Source: Alphaproteobacteria bacterium (GTDB lineage: Bacteria; Pseudomonadota; Alphaproteobacteria; UBA2966). From it: a stretch of DNA of 64,000 nt. The notes under the pieces were generated by a model. It saw only the letters and a list, made by a program, of their open reading frames with translations. It had not been told where the DNA came from and made no database searches. The position numbers were made by a program, and so were the translations under genes. Each line of letters begins with the position of its first letter. The stretch's first letter is position 1. Below, piece by piece: positions 32,845 to 42,341 of this stretch. Location of the stretch: assembly GCA_018654745.1 (NCBI GenBank), contig JABILA010000051.1, positions 6,751-70,750 of the forward strand. The letters run 5' to 3'.

Positions 32845-33921
32845 ATCGCAAGTCACAAGGGTTATCTGCTTATTGCCGATATTTCCGGCTATACGGCATT
32901 TTTAACATCGTCCGAGCAGGATCATGCCAATCCGATCCTGCATTCGCTTCTGACCTCACTGGTCGAGCAAGTGGGTGATCCCTTGCACTTTTGGCGCATG
33001 GATGGTGACGCCGTGCTGGCCTATTCCACCAATACCGAATTTCCATCCGGTGAGGTTTTTCTGACGATTTGCGAAAATCTTTATAATGCCTTCGCTGACC
33101 GCCAACGGGACATCATCGCCAACACGACCTGCCCCTGCCAGGCCTGCGCCAATGTCGGAAATCTTGATCTCAAAATCATGGCCCATTACGGCACGTTCGA
33201 GGAAATGAAATTCGGGCCCATGACCGACATTTCGGGGTCGGATGTTATTCTGGTCCACCGTATGTCCAAAACCGACGTCAAGGTGGCGACCGGCATTCGA
33301 AGCTATGCCCTGTTCAGCGAGGCCGCCATCGAGGCCATGAATATCGATGCAGCCCTGACGCCTTACAGTCAGGATATCGAACATTTCGGCAATGTCTCCA
33401 TGAAGGTTTATGATCTTGGTGCGGCCTGGGAAAAGTTCCGTGCCGGGCGAGAGCGGTTTTTCCTGAATGAAGAAGACGGCACCTGGACCTATCGCCGTCA
33501 CCTTGATCTTCCCATCAATATTGTCTGGGACGCCTTGACCGCAGCGGATTCAAAACAGCGCTGGATGGTCAATATGAAAGCCGTGACTGTCGACAACCCG
33601 GAGGACCGCATCGGTGCCGGTTCAGGTTATCATTGCGCCCACGAAGCAGCCGATTTCAAGTACTGGGTCACTGACTGGGAACCCTTCGATTATTTTTCCA
33701 CCCGTATCAATGATCCGGCCCGTGAGGGCATAGACACACCGGAAACTTACCAACTGGTGGCAACGGATACCGGCACGGATTTACGCTATACCATGGGTCA
33801 GGCCAGCGACGCGGACGGCAACCGGTCCAAGATTTCCGAAGAGGAAGCAGCTGGTTTTCTCTCTGAATTCTGGCCAGCCTGCTTCGACGAAATGGAAGCT
33901 CTGTATAAGGGTCGAAGCTGA
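32845..33921 (+). CDS. DUF2652-like (class III nucleotidyl cyclase fold) protein fused to an SRPBCC/START domain
   Basis: Frame is open upstream of the called GTG 32971 and encodes KGYLLIADISGYTAF; MDGDAV, CPCQAC, HYG, SGSDVILVHRM; C-terminal VWDALT..RW START-like region; start inferred at ATC 32845. Confidence 0.8.
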   Translation: MASHKGYLLIADISGYTAFLTSSEQDHANPILHSLLTSLVEQVGDPLHFWRMDGDAVLAYSTNTEFPSGEVFLTICENLYNAFADRQRDIIANTTCPCQACANVGNLDLKIMAHYGTFEEMKFGPMTDISGSDVILVHRMSKTDVKVATGIRSYALFSEAAIEAMNIDAALTPYSQDIEHFGNVSMKVYDLGAAWEKFRAGRERFFLNEEDGTWTYRRHLDLPINIVWDALTAADSKQRWMVNMKAVTVDNPEDRIGAGSGYHCAHEAADFKYWVTDWEPFDYFSTRINDPAREGIDTPETYQLVATDTGTDLRYTMGQASDADGNRSKISEEEAAGFLSEFWPACFDEMEALYKGRS

Positions 33922-33944
33922 CAGGACCGGGGTACCGGAAATTC

Positions 33945-35318
33945 TCAGCTCGCGGCTTTGACCTCGTCTTCTTCGACGCTGCGGACCAGGGCCGGATAGC
34001 GCACGACCAGGGTGATGGCGCGCATGATCATGTAGATATAGAACGCCATCCACAGGCCGTGGTTGCCCCACATGGGGACCAGAATCCAGACGCCGATCAA
34101 AAAGCTGGCCATGGAAATTGCCATGCCGTTGCGCATGGCGCGGGTGCGGGTGGCACCGATGAAGATGCCATCAAGCTGGAAGCTCCAGACGGAGATCAGA
34201 GGAGACAGCACCGCCCAGTACAGAAAGGTTCTGGCAGCGTCTCGCACACTGGCGATATCAGTCATGGCGGCAATTAACAAAGTTCCGGCAACGGCGTAAA
34301 CGGCGGTGAACAGGGCCGCGAAAATACCGGCCCAGATCGTGGTGATGCGCACGGCTTCCGATAACTTTGCGCGATCCCTGGCCCCGATGGCAGCCCCGAT
34401 CAAGGCTTCGGCAGCAAAGGCAAAACCGTCCAGGGCATAGCCCACGATCATCTGGAAATTCATCAAAATGGCATTGGCCGCCAGCAAGGTATCGCCCATG
34501 CTGGCACCCTGGCTGGTAAAATACGCAAAGGTTGTCACCAGGCACAGGGTGCGGATGAAGATGTCGCTGTTGACCACCAACAGGCGTTTCAGTTGCACCG
34601 GATCCAGCAACCGGGATCGCGACCATTTCCCGCCCAGTTGATCCAGCACCCTGAGCGCCAGCAGCACACCTACACCGGCGGCGGCATATTCTGAAATGGC
34701 TGTGGCAAGCGCCACACCTTCGACGCCCCAGCCCAGACCCAGCACAAACCAGACGTCCAGCACGATGTTCACACCGTTCATGAACACTTGCAGCATCAAG
34801 GCGCTTTTGGCCCGTTGTTGTCCCAACAGCCAGCCCAGCACGGCATAGTTCGTCAGGGCCGCCGGTGCCGCAAAAACCCGGATATCAAAATAGGTACGGG
34901 CGAGGTTTTCAACCTGGTCGCTGGCTTCGATGAACCACAAGGCCCCGTTGATCAGTGGCCATTGCAGGGCAAAGATCGCCACCCCCAACACCAACGCCAT
35001 CAACAAGGCCCGGCCGAGCAAAGCCCGGACTTCGGCACGGTCGTTGGCGCCAAAGGCTTGTGCCACCATGCCGGTCGTGCCCATGCGCAAAAAGCCAAAG
35101 CCCCAATAGACGTAACTGAAAATCATGGCACCCACGGCCACGGCACCGATGTACCATGCCTGGGGCAAATGACCCATGACCGCCGTATCGACCACACCCA
35201 GCAAGGGCACCGAAACATTCGACAGAATGATCGGCCCGGCCAGACGCCAGACTTTGAGATGGCGGTTTTCGGGCCGGTTTTCTGGTCGACCGTTTTCTGA
35301 AGTGATTTCTTCTGTCAT
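33945..35318 (-). CDS. dinF: MATE family efflux transporter (DinF-like)
   Basis: LSNVSVPLLGVVDTAVMGH, FGFLRMGTTG, YALDGFA, LDGIFIG. Confidence 0.88.
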   Translation of the reverse strand: MTEEITSENGRPENRPENRHLKVWRLAGPIILSNVSVPLLGVVDTAVMGHLPQAWYIGAVAVGAMIFSYVYWGFGFLRMGTTGMVAQAFGANDRAEVRALLGRALLMALVLGVAIFALQWPLINGALWFIEASDQVENLARTYFDIRVFAAPAALTNYAVLGWLLGQQRAKSALMLQVFMNGVNIVLDVWFVLGLGWGVEGVALATAISEYAAAGVGVLLALRVLDQLGGKWSRSRLLDPVQLKRLLVVNSDIFIRTLCLVTTFAYFTSQGASMGDTLLAANAILMNFQMIVGYALDGFAFAAEALIGAAIGARDRAKLSEAVRITTIWAGIFAALFTAVYAVAGTLLIAAMTDIASVRDAARTFLYWAVLSPLISVWSFQLDGIFIGATRTRAMRNGMAISMASFLIGVWILVPMWGNHGLWMAFYIYMIMRAITLVVRYPALVRSVEEDEVKAAS

Positions 35319-35377
35319 GCGCGTGCCACCAGAGCGTTTCCGTCATTAGTCATTTATCACGCATCCACATAAACACA

Positions 35378-35532
35378 CGTCGTGCCCGGGCTTGACCCGG
35401 GTACCCACGTCTATATGCGGATCGGCTGACATAACCAGATTTGAATTGAGGCTTCCGTCACCACCACAGCAAGCCATTTGTCTGGCTGCACCTAACAAGA
35501 CGTGGGTACCCGGGTCAAGCCCGGGCACGACG
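35378..35532. repeat. CGTC-type REP doublet (perfect 35-bp inverted arms, 85-bp spacer)
   Basis: CGTCGTGCCCGGGCTTGACCCGGGTACCCACGTCT at 35378-35412 and its exact reverse complement at 35498-35532. Confidence 0.9.
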
Positions 35533-35548
35533 AAGTGAGGGCCAACCC

Positions 35549-36448
35549 CTAATTCCGCAATCTGTCGTTGGCCGCTGTCTCAATAACCCAGTGGCGAAAG
35601 GCGGCAACCTTGGGGCGGTCGGCGCTGGCTTCGGGGGCGACGACGTAATAGGCGAACTCCCGAGGCAGGCTGATGTTAAAAACCCGGACCAGGCGACCAG
35701 CGGCCAGGTCATCGGCGGCAAGGGCGGACCGGCCCAGCGCCACCCCTTCTCCGGCAATGGCTGCCTGCAGGATATTTGCAGAATCTTCATAGACCGGGCC
35801 GCGCTCACTCTCGACACCTTCAACACCCGCTGCCAGCAACCACCGCGTCCAGTCCTCGAAATAGTCATCATGCAGCAAGGTATGATGTCTGAGGTCCGCC
35901 GGTTCATTCAGCGGGTATCTGCCTTTCAATAATTCAGGGCTGCATACCGGAAAAATATCTTCTGTCAGAAACAGATCAGACTTCATGCCAAACCAGTCGC
36001 CCCGGCCATAGCGCAAAACCACATCCACGGCCTCGCGGCTGAAGTCGGTCAAATGGGTCGACGGCGACAGACGCACATCGATATCCGGATATTGTTCACG
36101 GAAACCCCGCATGCGCGGCACCAGCCATTTGGCAGCGATAGAAGGCAGCACCGACACCGTCAGGGTGCCGGAACTGTCGAGCGCGTTGAGCCGGGCCGTC
36201 GCTGTATCGATTTCATCAAAGGCCATGCCCAGCGGCCCGGCATATGATTGCCCGGCTTCGGTCAGATAAAGATTTCGGTTCTTGCGCAGGAACAGGGGCT
36301 GTCCCAACCACGCCTCCAGCGCCTTGACCTGATGACTGATCGCGGCCTGGGTTACAAAAAGTTCATCAGCCGCTTTGGTAAACGACAGGTGCCGGGCAGC
36401 GGCCTCGAAGGCACGCAAGGCATTCAGGGGGGGCAAACGACGGGCCAT
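35549..36448 (-). CDS. gcvA: LysR family regulator, GcvA type
   Basis: RRLPPLNALRAFEAAARHLSFTKAADELFVTQAAISHQVK. Confidence 0.85.
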   Translation of the reverse strand: MARRLPPLNALRAFEAAARHLSFTKAADELFVTQAAISHQVKALEAWLGQPLFLRKNRNLYLTEAGQSYAGPLGMAFDEIDTATARLNALDSSGTLTVSVLPSIAAKWLVPRMRGFREQYPDIDVRLSPSTHLTDFSREAVDVVLRYGRGDWFGMKSDLFLTEDIFPVCSPELLKGRYPLNEPADLRHHTLLHDDYFEDWTRWLLAAGVEGVESERGPVYEDSANILQAAIAGEGVALGRSALAADDLAAGRLVRVFNISLPREFAYYVVAPEASADRPKVAAFRHWVIETAANDRLRN

Positions 36449-36461
36449 AGCAGTTTATCTC

Positions 36462-36476
36462 ATTAGTTTTTCTAAT
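36462..36476. promoter_or_regulatory. LysR (GcvA-type) T-N11-A operator
   Basis: ATTAG-TTTTT-CTAAT palindrome between the divergent LysR and DUF1127 genes. Confidence 0.7.
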
Positions 36477-36591
36477 CCATTTCATGAATTTATATCGTTT
36501 GAGAAGCAGTGAAATCAAGTCTATTTATTTCATCAGCAGCAACGAAAACCGTTACTGCAAAATGTTTGAGACGATTTCGCAGGAGGATATG

Positions 36592-36795
36592 ATGGAACGT
36601 TCAATTTTTTCGATGATTAGCTATTCTCGGTCTGTTTCGGTTGCCGGAAGCATTCTGGGCACCCTCAATACATGGTATGACCGCGTCCAGGAGCGTCGCC
36701 GACTGAATGAGCTTGAGCCACATATGCTGAAAGATATTGGTCTGCAATCCTGGCAAATTCGTGAGATCGCCGCCAAACCCTTCTGGCGCGCCTGA
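36592..36795 (+). CDS. DUF1127 small protein
   Basis: WYDRVQERRRLNELEPHMLKDIGL...KPFWRA; AGGAGG SD at 36581. Confidence 0.9.
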   Translation: MERSIFSMISYSRSVSVAGSILGTLNTWYDRVQERRRLNELEPHMLKDIGLQSWQIREIAAKPFWRA

Positions 36796-36839
36796 CACCC
36801 CAGGCCTTTCCACTGTATGTGCCATTGACGCACCCCCTC

Positions 36840-36891
36840 TCCCGGTTCCATTGTTGCAACCAGACCAGCAACGGAACCGGGATTTTCTTTT
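36840..36891 (+). terminator. Intrinsic terminator after DUF1127 gene
   Basis: TCCCGGTTCC / GGAACCGGGA outer stem, GTTGC/GCAAC inner stem, then TTTTCTTTT. Confidence 0.7.
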
Positions 36892-37396
36892 GACCCTTTC
36901 ACTGCACGAACACTTCAAGACCTTTGCGCATTACAACGCCTGGGCAAATACGCGATTGTACGAGGCTTGCGCTGAATTAAGCGAAGCTGACTATCTGCTG
37001 ACCCGCCCCAGTTTTTTTGGCTCGATCCATTCAACCCTCAATCATATTCTGGTCGGCGACCGGTCGTGGATGGCACGCTTTAACGGCGGCACCACCGCCA
37101 TTACAGCCCTGAACCAGGAATTATATGCGGACTTCGCCGGGCTGCGGGTTGCGCGTCTGGCAGAAGATGCCCTGATCATCAATTATGTCGAAAGCCTGAA
37201 CGATGATTCGATGTTGTCCTGGCTGGAATACCAGAACATGGCTGGCGAAGATCAGGCCGATGAAATCTCGATCCTGCTGAGCCATTTTTTCAATCACCAG
37301 ACCCATCACCGGGGACAGGTTCATACTTTATTGTCACATGCCGGCCTGGCACCACCTCAGCTGGACCTGATCTATTACTTGCGGGAACAACAATGA
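36890..37396 (+). CDS. DinB family protein
   Basis: YNAWAN.RLY, FFGSIHSTLNHILVGD, HFFNHQTHHRGQ; TTG start inferred. Confidence 0.9.
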   Translation: MTLSLHEHFKTFAHYNAWANTRLYEACAELSEADYLLTRPSFFGSIHSTLNHILVGDRSWMARFNGGTTAITALNQELYADFAGLRVARLAEDALIINYVESLNDDSMLSWLEYQNMAGEDQADEISILLSHFFNHQTHHRGQVHTLLSHAGLAPPQLDLIYYLREQQ

Positions 37397-37905
37397 TCAA
37401 TTTTCGGCTCGAAGGCGCAAATGAATCCGATCTGATCCATGACCTTGTGCACAAAAGCTTCGGTCAGGAAGCTGAGGCCGTGCTGGTGAAAAACCTGTGC
37501 GCAGACGGCGACGCCCTGATTTCCCTTGTCGCCGTTGACGACGAAGATAACAGTATCGTTGGCCATATCCTGTTCAGCGACACCCCTGTGGGCACGACAA
37601 AAAACCTGTTACGTGGTGCTGCCATGGCACCTTTAAGCGTTTCAGAAACTCACCAGGGCCAGGGCATTGGTGGTGGCCTGGTCATACAGGGTTTGCGGGA
37701 ATGCCGGGATAGCGGCATCCAGGTTGTACTGGTTTTGGGGGATCCGAATTATTATGGCCGCTTTGGCTTTTCTGCCGACATAGCGAAGGACCTGGACACA
37801 CCCTACAAGGGTGAATTCTTTCAGGCTCTGGAAATTGAACCTGGCATTCTGAACGGTGTCAGCGGCAAGGTTCTTTACCCGAACGCCTTCAGCAAACTGG
37901 CATAA
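37393..37905 (+). CDS. GNAT N-acetyltransferase (YhbS-like)
   Basis: IVGHILFS, APLSV..HQGQGIG, VLGDPNYYGRFGF. Confidence 0.9.
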   Translation: MINFRLEGANESDLIHDLVHKSFGQEAEAVLVKNLCADGDALISLVAVDDEDNSIVGHILFSDTPVGTTKNLLRGAAMAPLSVSETHQGQGIGGGLVIQGLRECRDSGIQVVLVLGDPNYYGRFGFSADIAKDLDTPYKGEFFQALEIEPGILNGVSGKVLYPNAFSKLA

Positions 37906-37918
37906 CCCGAAAACTTAG

Positions 37919-38806
37919 TCAGGCCGGCGCAGGTTTTTCCAGCAACGCTATCTTTGCGACATGAGCCTCCCGCCGGATCATATAGATCGCTGAGGCAATA
38001 ATGATTGTCGCCCCGGCCAGTGTCCAGGCATCCGGCATATCTGCAAAGAACCAGTAACCCAATATCGCGGCGTAGATCAGCTCGGTATATTTGATACTGC
38101 TAACCAGGCTGGCCTCACCCAGGCGCAAGGCCTTGATCCCGATCCACTGACCAAAGGTCGCAACGATACCGATAGCCAGCAGCATCAACAGGCCGGTCAG
38201 ATCAGGCGTCACCCAGAGCCAGAACAGCGGTACACCCGACAACAATCCGACGAAGATCGCCTGATAGCTGAGCAATGTCGCCGTACTTTCAAACTGCGAC
38301 AGCTTGCGCACAACGATAACCGCCACCGCCGCGCCCATGGACGCACCAATCGGGATCAGGGAATTCGTTTCGAAAAATCCATCAAGGCCCGGCCGCACGA
38401 CAATCACGACACCTGCAAACCCGATAAAGATCGAGGCTAGCCGGTGTACACCCAGGCCCTCCCCCAGGAACCACATGGCCAGCAGCGCGATAATAAATGT
38501 TTGCGAGAACATCAACACCACCGCCGTCGCCAGAGGCAAAACCGATACGGCCCACAGGCCCATCGACAGGGCAATGAACGCACCACCCAGACGAAAACCG
38601 TGCGCCAGTGGATGCTGCGTTTTCAGGTTGTCGGGGAAGTTTCGCGCAACGATTGGCAAGACAGACAGGAATACAATGATTTGCCGGAAAAACAGGATTT
38701 GCAGGATGTGATAGTCGTTCGCTGCAAATTTGCCCAACGCTGCCGAGACCGCATACAAGGCCGCCGCCGCCAGCGCCCACACCGCGCCTTCGAGGTTTTT
38801 TGACAT
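37919..38806 (-). CDS. DMT (EamA) family transporter
   Basis: Multi-TM, FLGE..HRL, GFAGVVIVVRPG. Confidence 0.88.
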   Translation of the reverse strand: MSKNLEGAVWALAAAALYAVSAALGKFAANDYHILQILFFRQIIVFLSVLPIVARNFPDNLKTQHPLAHGFRLGGAFIALSMGLWAVSVLPLATAVVLMFSQTFIIALLAMWFLGEGLGVHRLASIFIGFAGVVIVVRPGLDGFFETNSLIPIGASMGAAVAVIVVRKLSQFESTATLLSYQAIFVGLLSGVPLFWLWVTPDLTGLLMLLAIGIVATFGQWIGIKALRLGEASLVSSIKYTELIYAAILGYWFFADMPDAWTLAGATIIIASAIYMIRREAHVAKIALLEKPAPA

Positions 38807-38904
38807 ATCGCTGCTCCGGGAAATGCTAGTATGTTATCTTGGTACATAAATAACATTCAAACTGCAAGTCCTGTTTTCTTCGGTCGCCATTTTGTTTCAG
38901 GGTT

Positions 38905-39549
38905 TCAGCTTTGAACGCGGGGCCAGGTTCGGGCAAACGGCTTCCGGATGGCTTGCTCCAACATCTCCAGCCGGTCCTGGCCATAGAATATGTCGCCGTC
39001 CAGAACATAGGTTGGTGAGCCAAATACAGTCAGGGCTATTGCCGCCTGGGTATTTGCTTCGTAGGCGTCAGCAACTGCAGCTGAATCCGCTGCAGCCAGG
39101 AATACATGCCCGTCCAGGCCAACAGTGCCTGCAAGGCGGACCAGGGTTTCCGCATCGGCGAGATCAGCGTCATCCGCCCAGTGGCCTTCCAGGTACGCAT
39201 GCGCCAGCTGATCGATATTCTGTCCGTCCAGCACTGCGGCCACCAGAACCCTGTTTGCAAGATCATAACCGTGATGATGATAAGTCGGCCGCCTGCCCAG
39301 GGTACGCAGACCCCGATATTCGGCCCAGCGTTCAAGTTCGCGATTGAAAAAATAGTTGCGAAACTCAAGTGATCGTGCGTCAAACGAGGTACTGCCCGCC
39401 GCCGCCATCACCCGTCGCAGGTCCATCGGTTTGTGCCTGATCGTTAAACCCGACGTTGATGCAATTTCCAGCAATCGGGCTGATCCCAGCCAGGCATATG
39501 ACGAATAGGCCGCGTAATAATAGTCAATGGTTCCGTCGCTGCCTGGCAT
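38905..39549 (-). CDS. 2-hydroxychromene-2-carboxylate isomerase / DsbA-kappa GST family protein
   Basis: IDYYY...SSYAWLG, VFGSPTYV..FYGQDRL. Confidence 0.88.
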   Translation of the reverse strand: MPGSDGTIDYYYAAYSSYAWLGSARLLEIASTSGLTIRHKPMDLRRVMAAAGSTSFDARSLEFRNYFFNRELERWAEYRGLRTLGRRPTYHHHGYDLANRVLVAAVLDGQNIDQLAHAYLEGHWADDADLADAETLVRLAGTVGLDGHVFLAAADSAAVADAYEANTQAAIALTVFGSPTYVLDGDIFYGQDRLEMLEQAIRKPFARTWPRVQS

Positions 39550-39558
39550 GTTCAGATT

Positions 39559-40536
39559 CTAATCCAGGGTCAGCACAACCTTGCCGGTGGATTTACGCTG
39601 GATCATCATTTCGAGGGCGTCACCAGCTTTTTCCATGGGAATGGTATGAGACACATGCGGTTTGATCTTGCCGCTTTCGTACCAGTCCAGAAGTGTCTTC
39701 ATGGATTGCATAACGACCTGGGGTTTTTTGATATTGTAGGAGCCCCAATAGAATCCAACTACGGAAACATTTTTCACCAGCAGGATATTGGCTTTTGCTT
39801 CGGGTACCCGGCCTGAGGCAAATCCGATCACCACAAGGCGACCTTCCCAGGCAATACTGCGCATGGCTGCATCAAAGGCATCGCCGCCGACAGGATCATA
39901 AATCACATCAGCGCCTTTACCATTGGTGATTTCCTTGACGCGGTCGCGAATGTCTTCTTCGGAATAATTGATCAGATGATCTGCACCATATTGTTTGCAA
40001 ACTTCCAGCTTTTCGGCGGAACTGGCGGCCGCGATCACGGTGGCCCCCATTGCCTTGCCAATTTCCACAGCCGTCAGGCCAACACCACCCGCAGCCCCCA
40101 GCACCAACAAGGTCTCACCCGATTTCAAACCGGCCCGGTAATCAAGACCAACGTGACTTGTGCCATAGGCAACCGGAAAAGCGGCGGCATGTTCAAAGGA
40201 CATGCTTTGGGGAATGGGGATAAGCATTTTGGCATCGACCACAACTTCCTGGGCGAAGCCTCCATGACCTGTCATGGCCAGAACCCGGTCTCCGACTTTA
40301 TAGCCTTTAACACCACCACCAACTTCCGAAATTTCACCGGCACACTCCATGCCGGGGCTGAAAGGCAGCGGTGGTTTGACCTGATAGGTGCCCTGAATGA
40401 TCAGCGTATCGCCAAAATTTACACCGCAGGCATGAATGCGAAGCCTGACTTCACCGTCACCGGGTGTTGGTGTGGCGATGTCTTCCACGACCAGCTTTTC
40501 GGGTCCACCAAATTCCTTGCACAACACCGCTTTCAT
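39559..40536 (-). CDS. NADPH:quinone oxidoreductase family (MDR) protein
   Basis: GVNFGD..QGTYQVKPPLPFSPG, LGAAGGVG, YDPVGG, IGFASG. Confidence 0.92.
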   Translation of the reverse strand: MKAVLCKEFGGPEKLVVEDIATPTPGDGEVRLRIHACGVNFGDTLIIQGTYQVKPPLPFSPGMECAGEISEVGGGVKGYKVGDRVLAMTGHGGFAQEVVVDAKMLIPIPQSMSFEHAAAFPVAYGTSHVGLDYRAGLKSGETLLVLGAAGGVGLTAVEIGKAMGATVIAAASSAEKLEVCKQYGADHLINYSEEDIRDRVKEITNGKGADVIYDPVGGDAFDAAMRSIAWEGRLVVIGFASGRVPEAKANILLVKNVSVVGFYWGSYNIKKPQVVMQSMKTLLDWYESGKIKPHVSHTIPMEKAGDALEMMIQRKSTGKVVLTLD

Positions 40537-40548
40537 GTCTTCATCCTG

Positions 40549-41061
40549 TCATTGGGTTATCTGTTTGACCAGGCGCGCCAGCGCAAACCACCAGGTATCA
40601 TCCCAGTATCCACGCGCGCGCCCGGAAGGAGAGGGAAGCACGAACACCCCCGTTTCGCCAAGCCCTTCGGGAAATAAACCGTAATCAATTTTTTTCAAAC
40701 CCAAAGTCGAGGTTGCTGCAGCCTTTGAGGTAAAGCCTACATAACGCGGCTGGTATTTTCTGATTTTCACGACAAGGGCATCGGCGTCCCAGGCATCATC
40801 AGGAATCTGCGCATCCGACCCGGTCGCCGATTTGGCGATGTCGGTCAGGCCGATGCCAAAGTCCAGAAGTTGCGGAAAGTCTGTCGGCGAGAATTGACGG
40901 GGGGTCAGACCTGTCTTGAACAAGGTTGGCCAGAAGAGATTACCAGGATGCGCATAATAGGCCTGCGCCTTTGCCGATGCAGCACTGGCCGCTGTGCCAA
41001 TAAGCACAAGTTTCAGATCATGTTCCAGCAGGTCTGGCAGGACGTGGGTTTTGGGTTTCAT
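40549..41061 (-). CDS. mug: Mismatch-specific (G:T/U) DNA glycosylase
   Basis: YYAHPGNLFW, GIGLTD, LPSPSG; ATG 41061. Confidence 0.85.
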   Translation of the reverse strand: MKPKTHVLPDLLEHDLKLVLIGTAASAASAKAQAYYAHPGNLFWPTLFKTGLTPRQFSPTDFPQLLDFGIGLTDIAKSATGSDAQIPDDAWDADALVVKIRKYQPRYVGFTSKAAATSTLGLKKIDYGLFPEGLGETGVFVLPSPSGRARGYWDDTWWFALARLVKQITQ

Positions 41062-41070
41062 TGGTATACT

Positions 41071-41157
41071 CGTCATGCCCGTGCTCGACACGGGTATCCA
41101 CGTCTTGACAAAAGCGGCCCCAAGACGTGGATGGCCGGGTCAAGCCCGGTCATGACG
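41071..41157. repeat. CGTC-type REP doublet (degenerate)
   Basis: CGTCATGCCCGTGCTCGACACGGGTATCCACGTCTT ... AAGACGTGGATGGCCGGGTCAAGCCCGGTCATGACG. Confidence 0.85.
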
Positions 41158-41185
41158 AATTGGAAGAACTGAATCTTTCCGACCA

Positions 41186-42232
41186 TCAGCCAACAGGTGG
41201 CCAGTCGTCGCGAGCTTTGGACAAGCCGACCAGACGTCCGTTGTAATCGCGGATCGGGATTTCGATATGGTCTTTCATGGTCGCCTCAACAGCATCATCA
41301 ATCACACCGAGATGTTTCAGGACAGCCACCAAAGCCGGACCACGTACCCGGCCTGGAATGTCACCATCATCAACCTTGATGGCGATGCCCAGGCCCTTGG
41401 CAGGAACCGCCACCATCACCATACCTTCAGCCCCGGTCTTGACGATAACCTTGCCCTTCAGGACGGCATTGATGTCGGTGCAGAAACTACCCGTTCCGGC
41501 AATCATGAACGGTTCCGCAGCAATAGACTGCACCACGCGATCCGCGGCGGCTTCACGCACAGCGCCCAGACCAGTCGGGTTGGCAAGTTTCGCCATGCCC
41601 AGGGCCAATGCAGAAAGCGGAATGGCGAGGGCCGGGATGGAACAGCCATCAATGCCTTCCGGCAGGGTCGAAACATCGACATCACACATCTCGGAGATGG
41701 TCTGGAAAATTCGTTGCTGGACCGGATGACTGCGACCAATATAACCGGCAGGATCTTCGCCCATATGCACGGCAGTGGCCAAAAATCCTGTATGTTTGCC
41801 GGAACAATCACTGCCCAGACGGCGGGCTTCCACACCCTTTTTCAAACGCTCGATCTTTACCGCTTCATCAATTGAAATTTTGGGGCCACATTCCAGGGCG
41901 TCCGGTGTCAGGCCAATCCGTCCAAGGATGTCGGTCACAGTGTTTATGTGGCGGTCCTCGGCATGGTGCGATGCACAGGCCAGCGAAATTTCGGCGGCGG
42001 AATAGCCAAAAGCATCGGCGGCACCTGTTTCAATCAACGGCAATGCCTGGATCGGCTTGATCGCAGAACGTGGGAAAACCTGCTGTTCAATATCGCCCCA
42101 GCCATGCACGATGGTGCCGTCCGCCGCCACGACGGCACAGGACGCCCGGTGACGGCTTTCCACAAAGGCTGTTTCCAGGGACTGGCCGCGGGTGACTTCG
42201 ACGGCGACAGGGTTGGCAGCGGGTATCGTCAT
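41186..42232 (-). CDS. L-asparaginase II (Rhizobium AnsA type)
   Basis: PRSAIKPIQA, ACASH, DCSGKHTGFL, DGCSIP, KTGAEG; ATG 42232. Confidence 0.88.
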   Translation of the reverse strand: MTIPAANPVAVEVTRGQSLETAFVESRHRASCAVVAADGTIVHGWGDIEQQVFPRSAIKPIQALPLIETGAADAFGYSAAEISLACASHHAEDRHINTVTDILGRIGLTPDALECGPKISIDEAVKIERLKKGVEARRLGSDCSGKHTGFLATAVHMGEDPAGYIGRSHPVQQRIFQTISEMCDVDVSTLPEGIDGCSIPALAIPLSALALGMAKLANPTGLGAVREAAADRVVQSIAAEPFMIAGTGSFCTDINAVLKGKVIVKTGAEGMVMVAVPAKGLGIAIKVDDGDIPGRVRGPALVAVLKHLGVIDDAVEATMKDHIEIPIRDYNGRLVGLSKARDDWPPVG

Positions 42233-42341
42233 TGACTGAAACTCATGCAAAGGCGGGGTTGGATTGGTCGTTCGGGCACGGTATTGTCCGGTTAAATCAC
42301 ACACAGATCAAAAACAACAGGTCAAACGGGACCCGGTTCAC

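Noticed and set aside
35346..35528. 60-aa ORF in the dinF-gcvA spacer
   Set aside because: Derived from the REP arms; no SD or coding signature.
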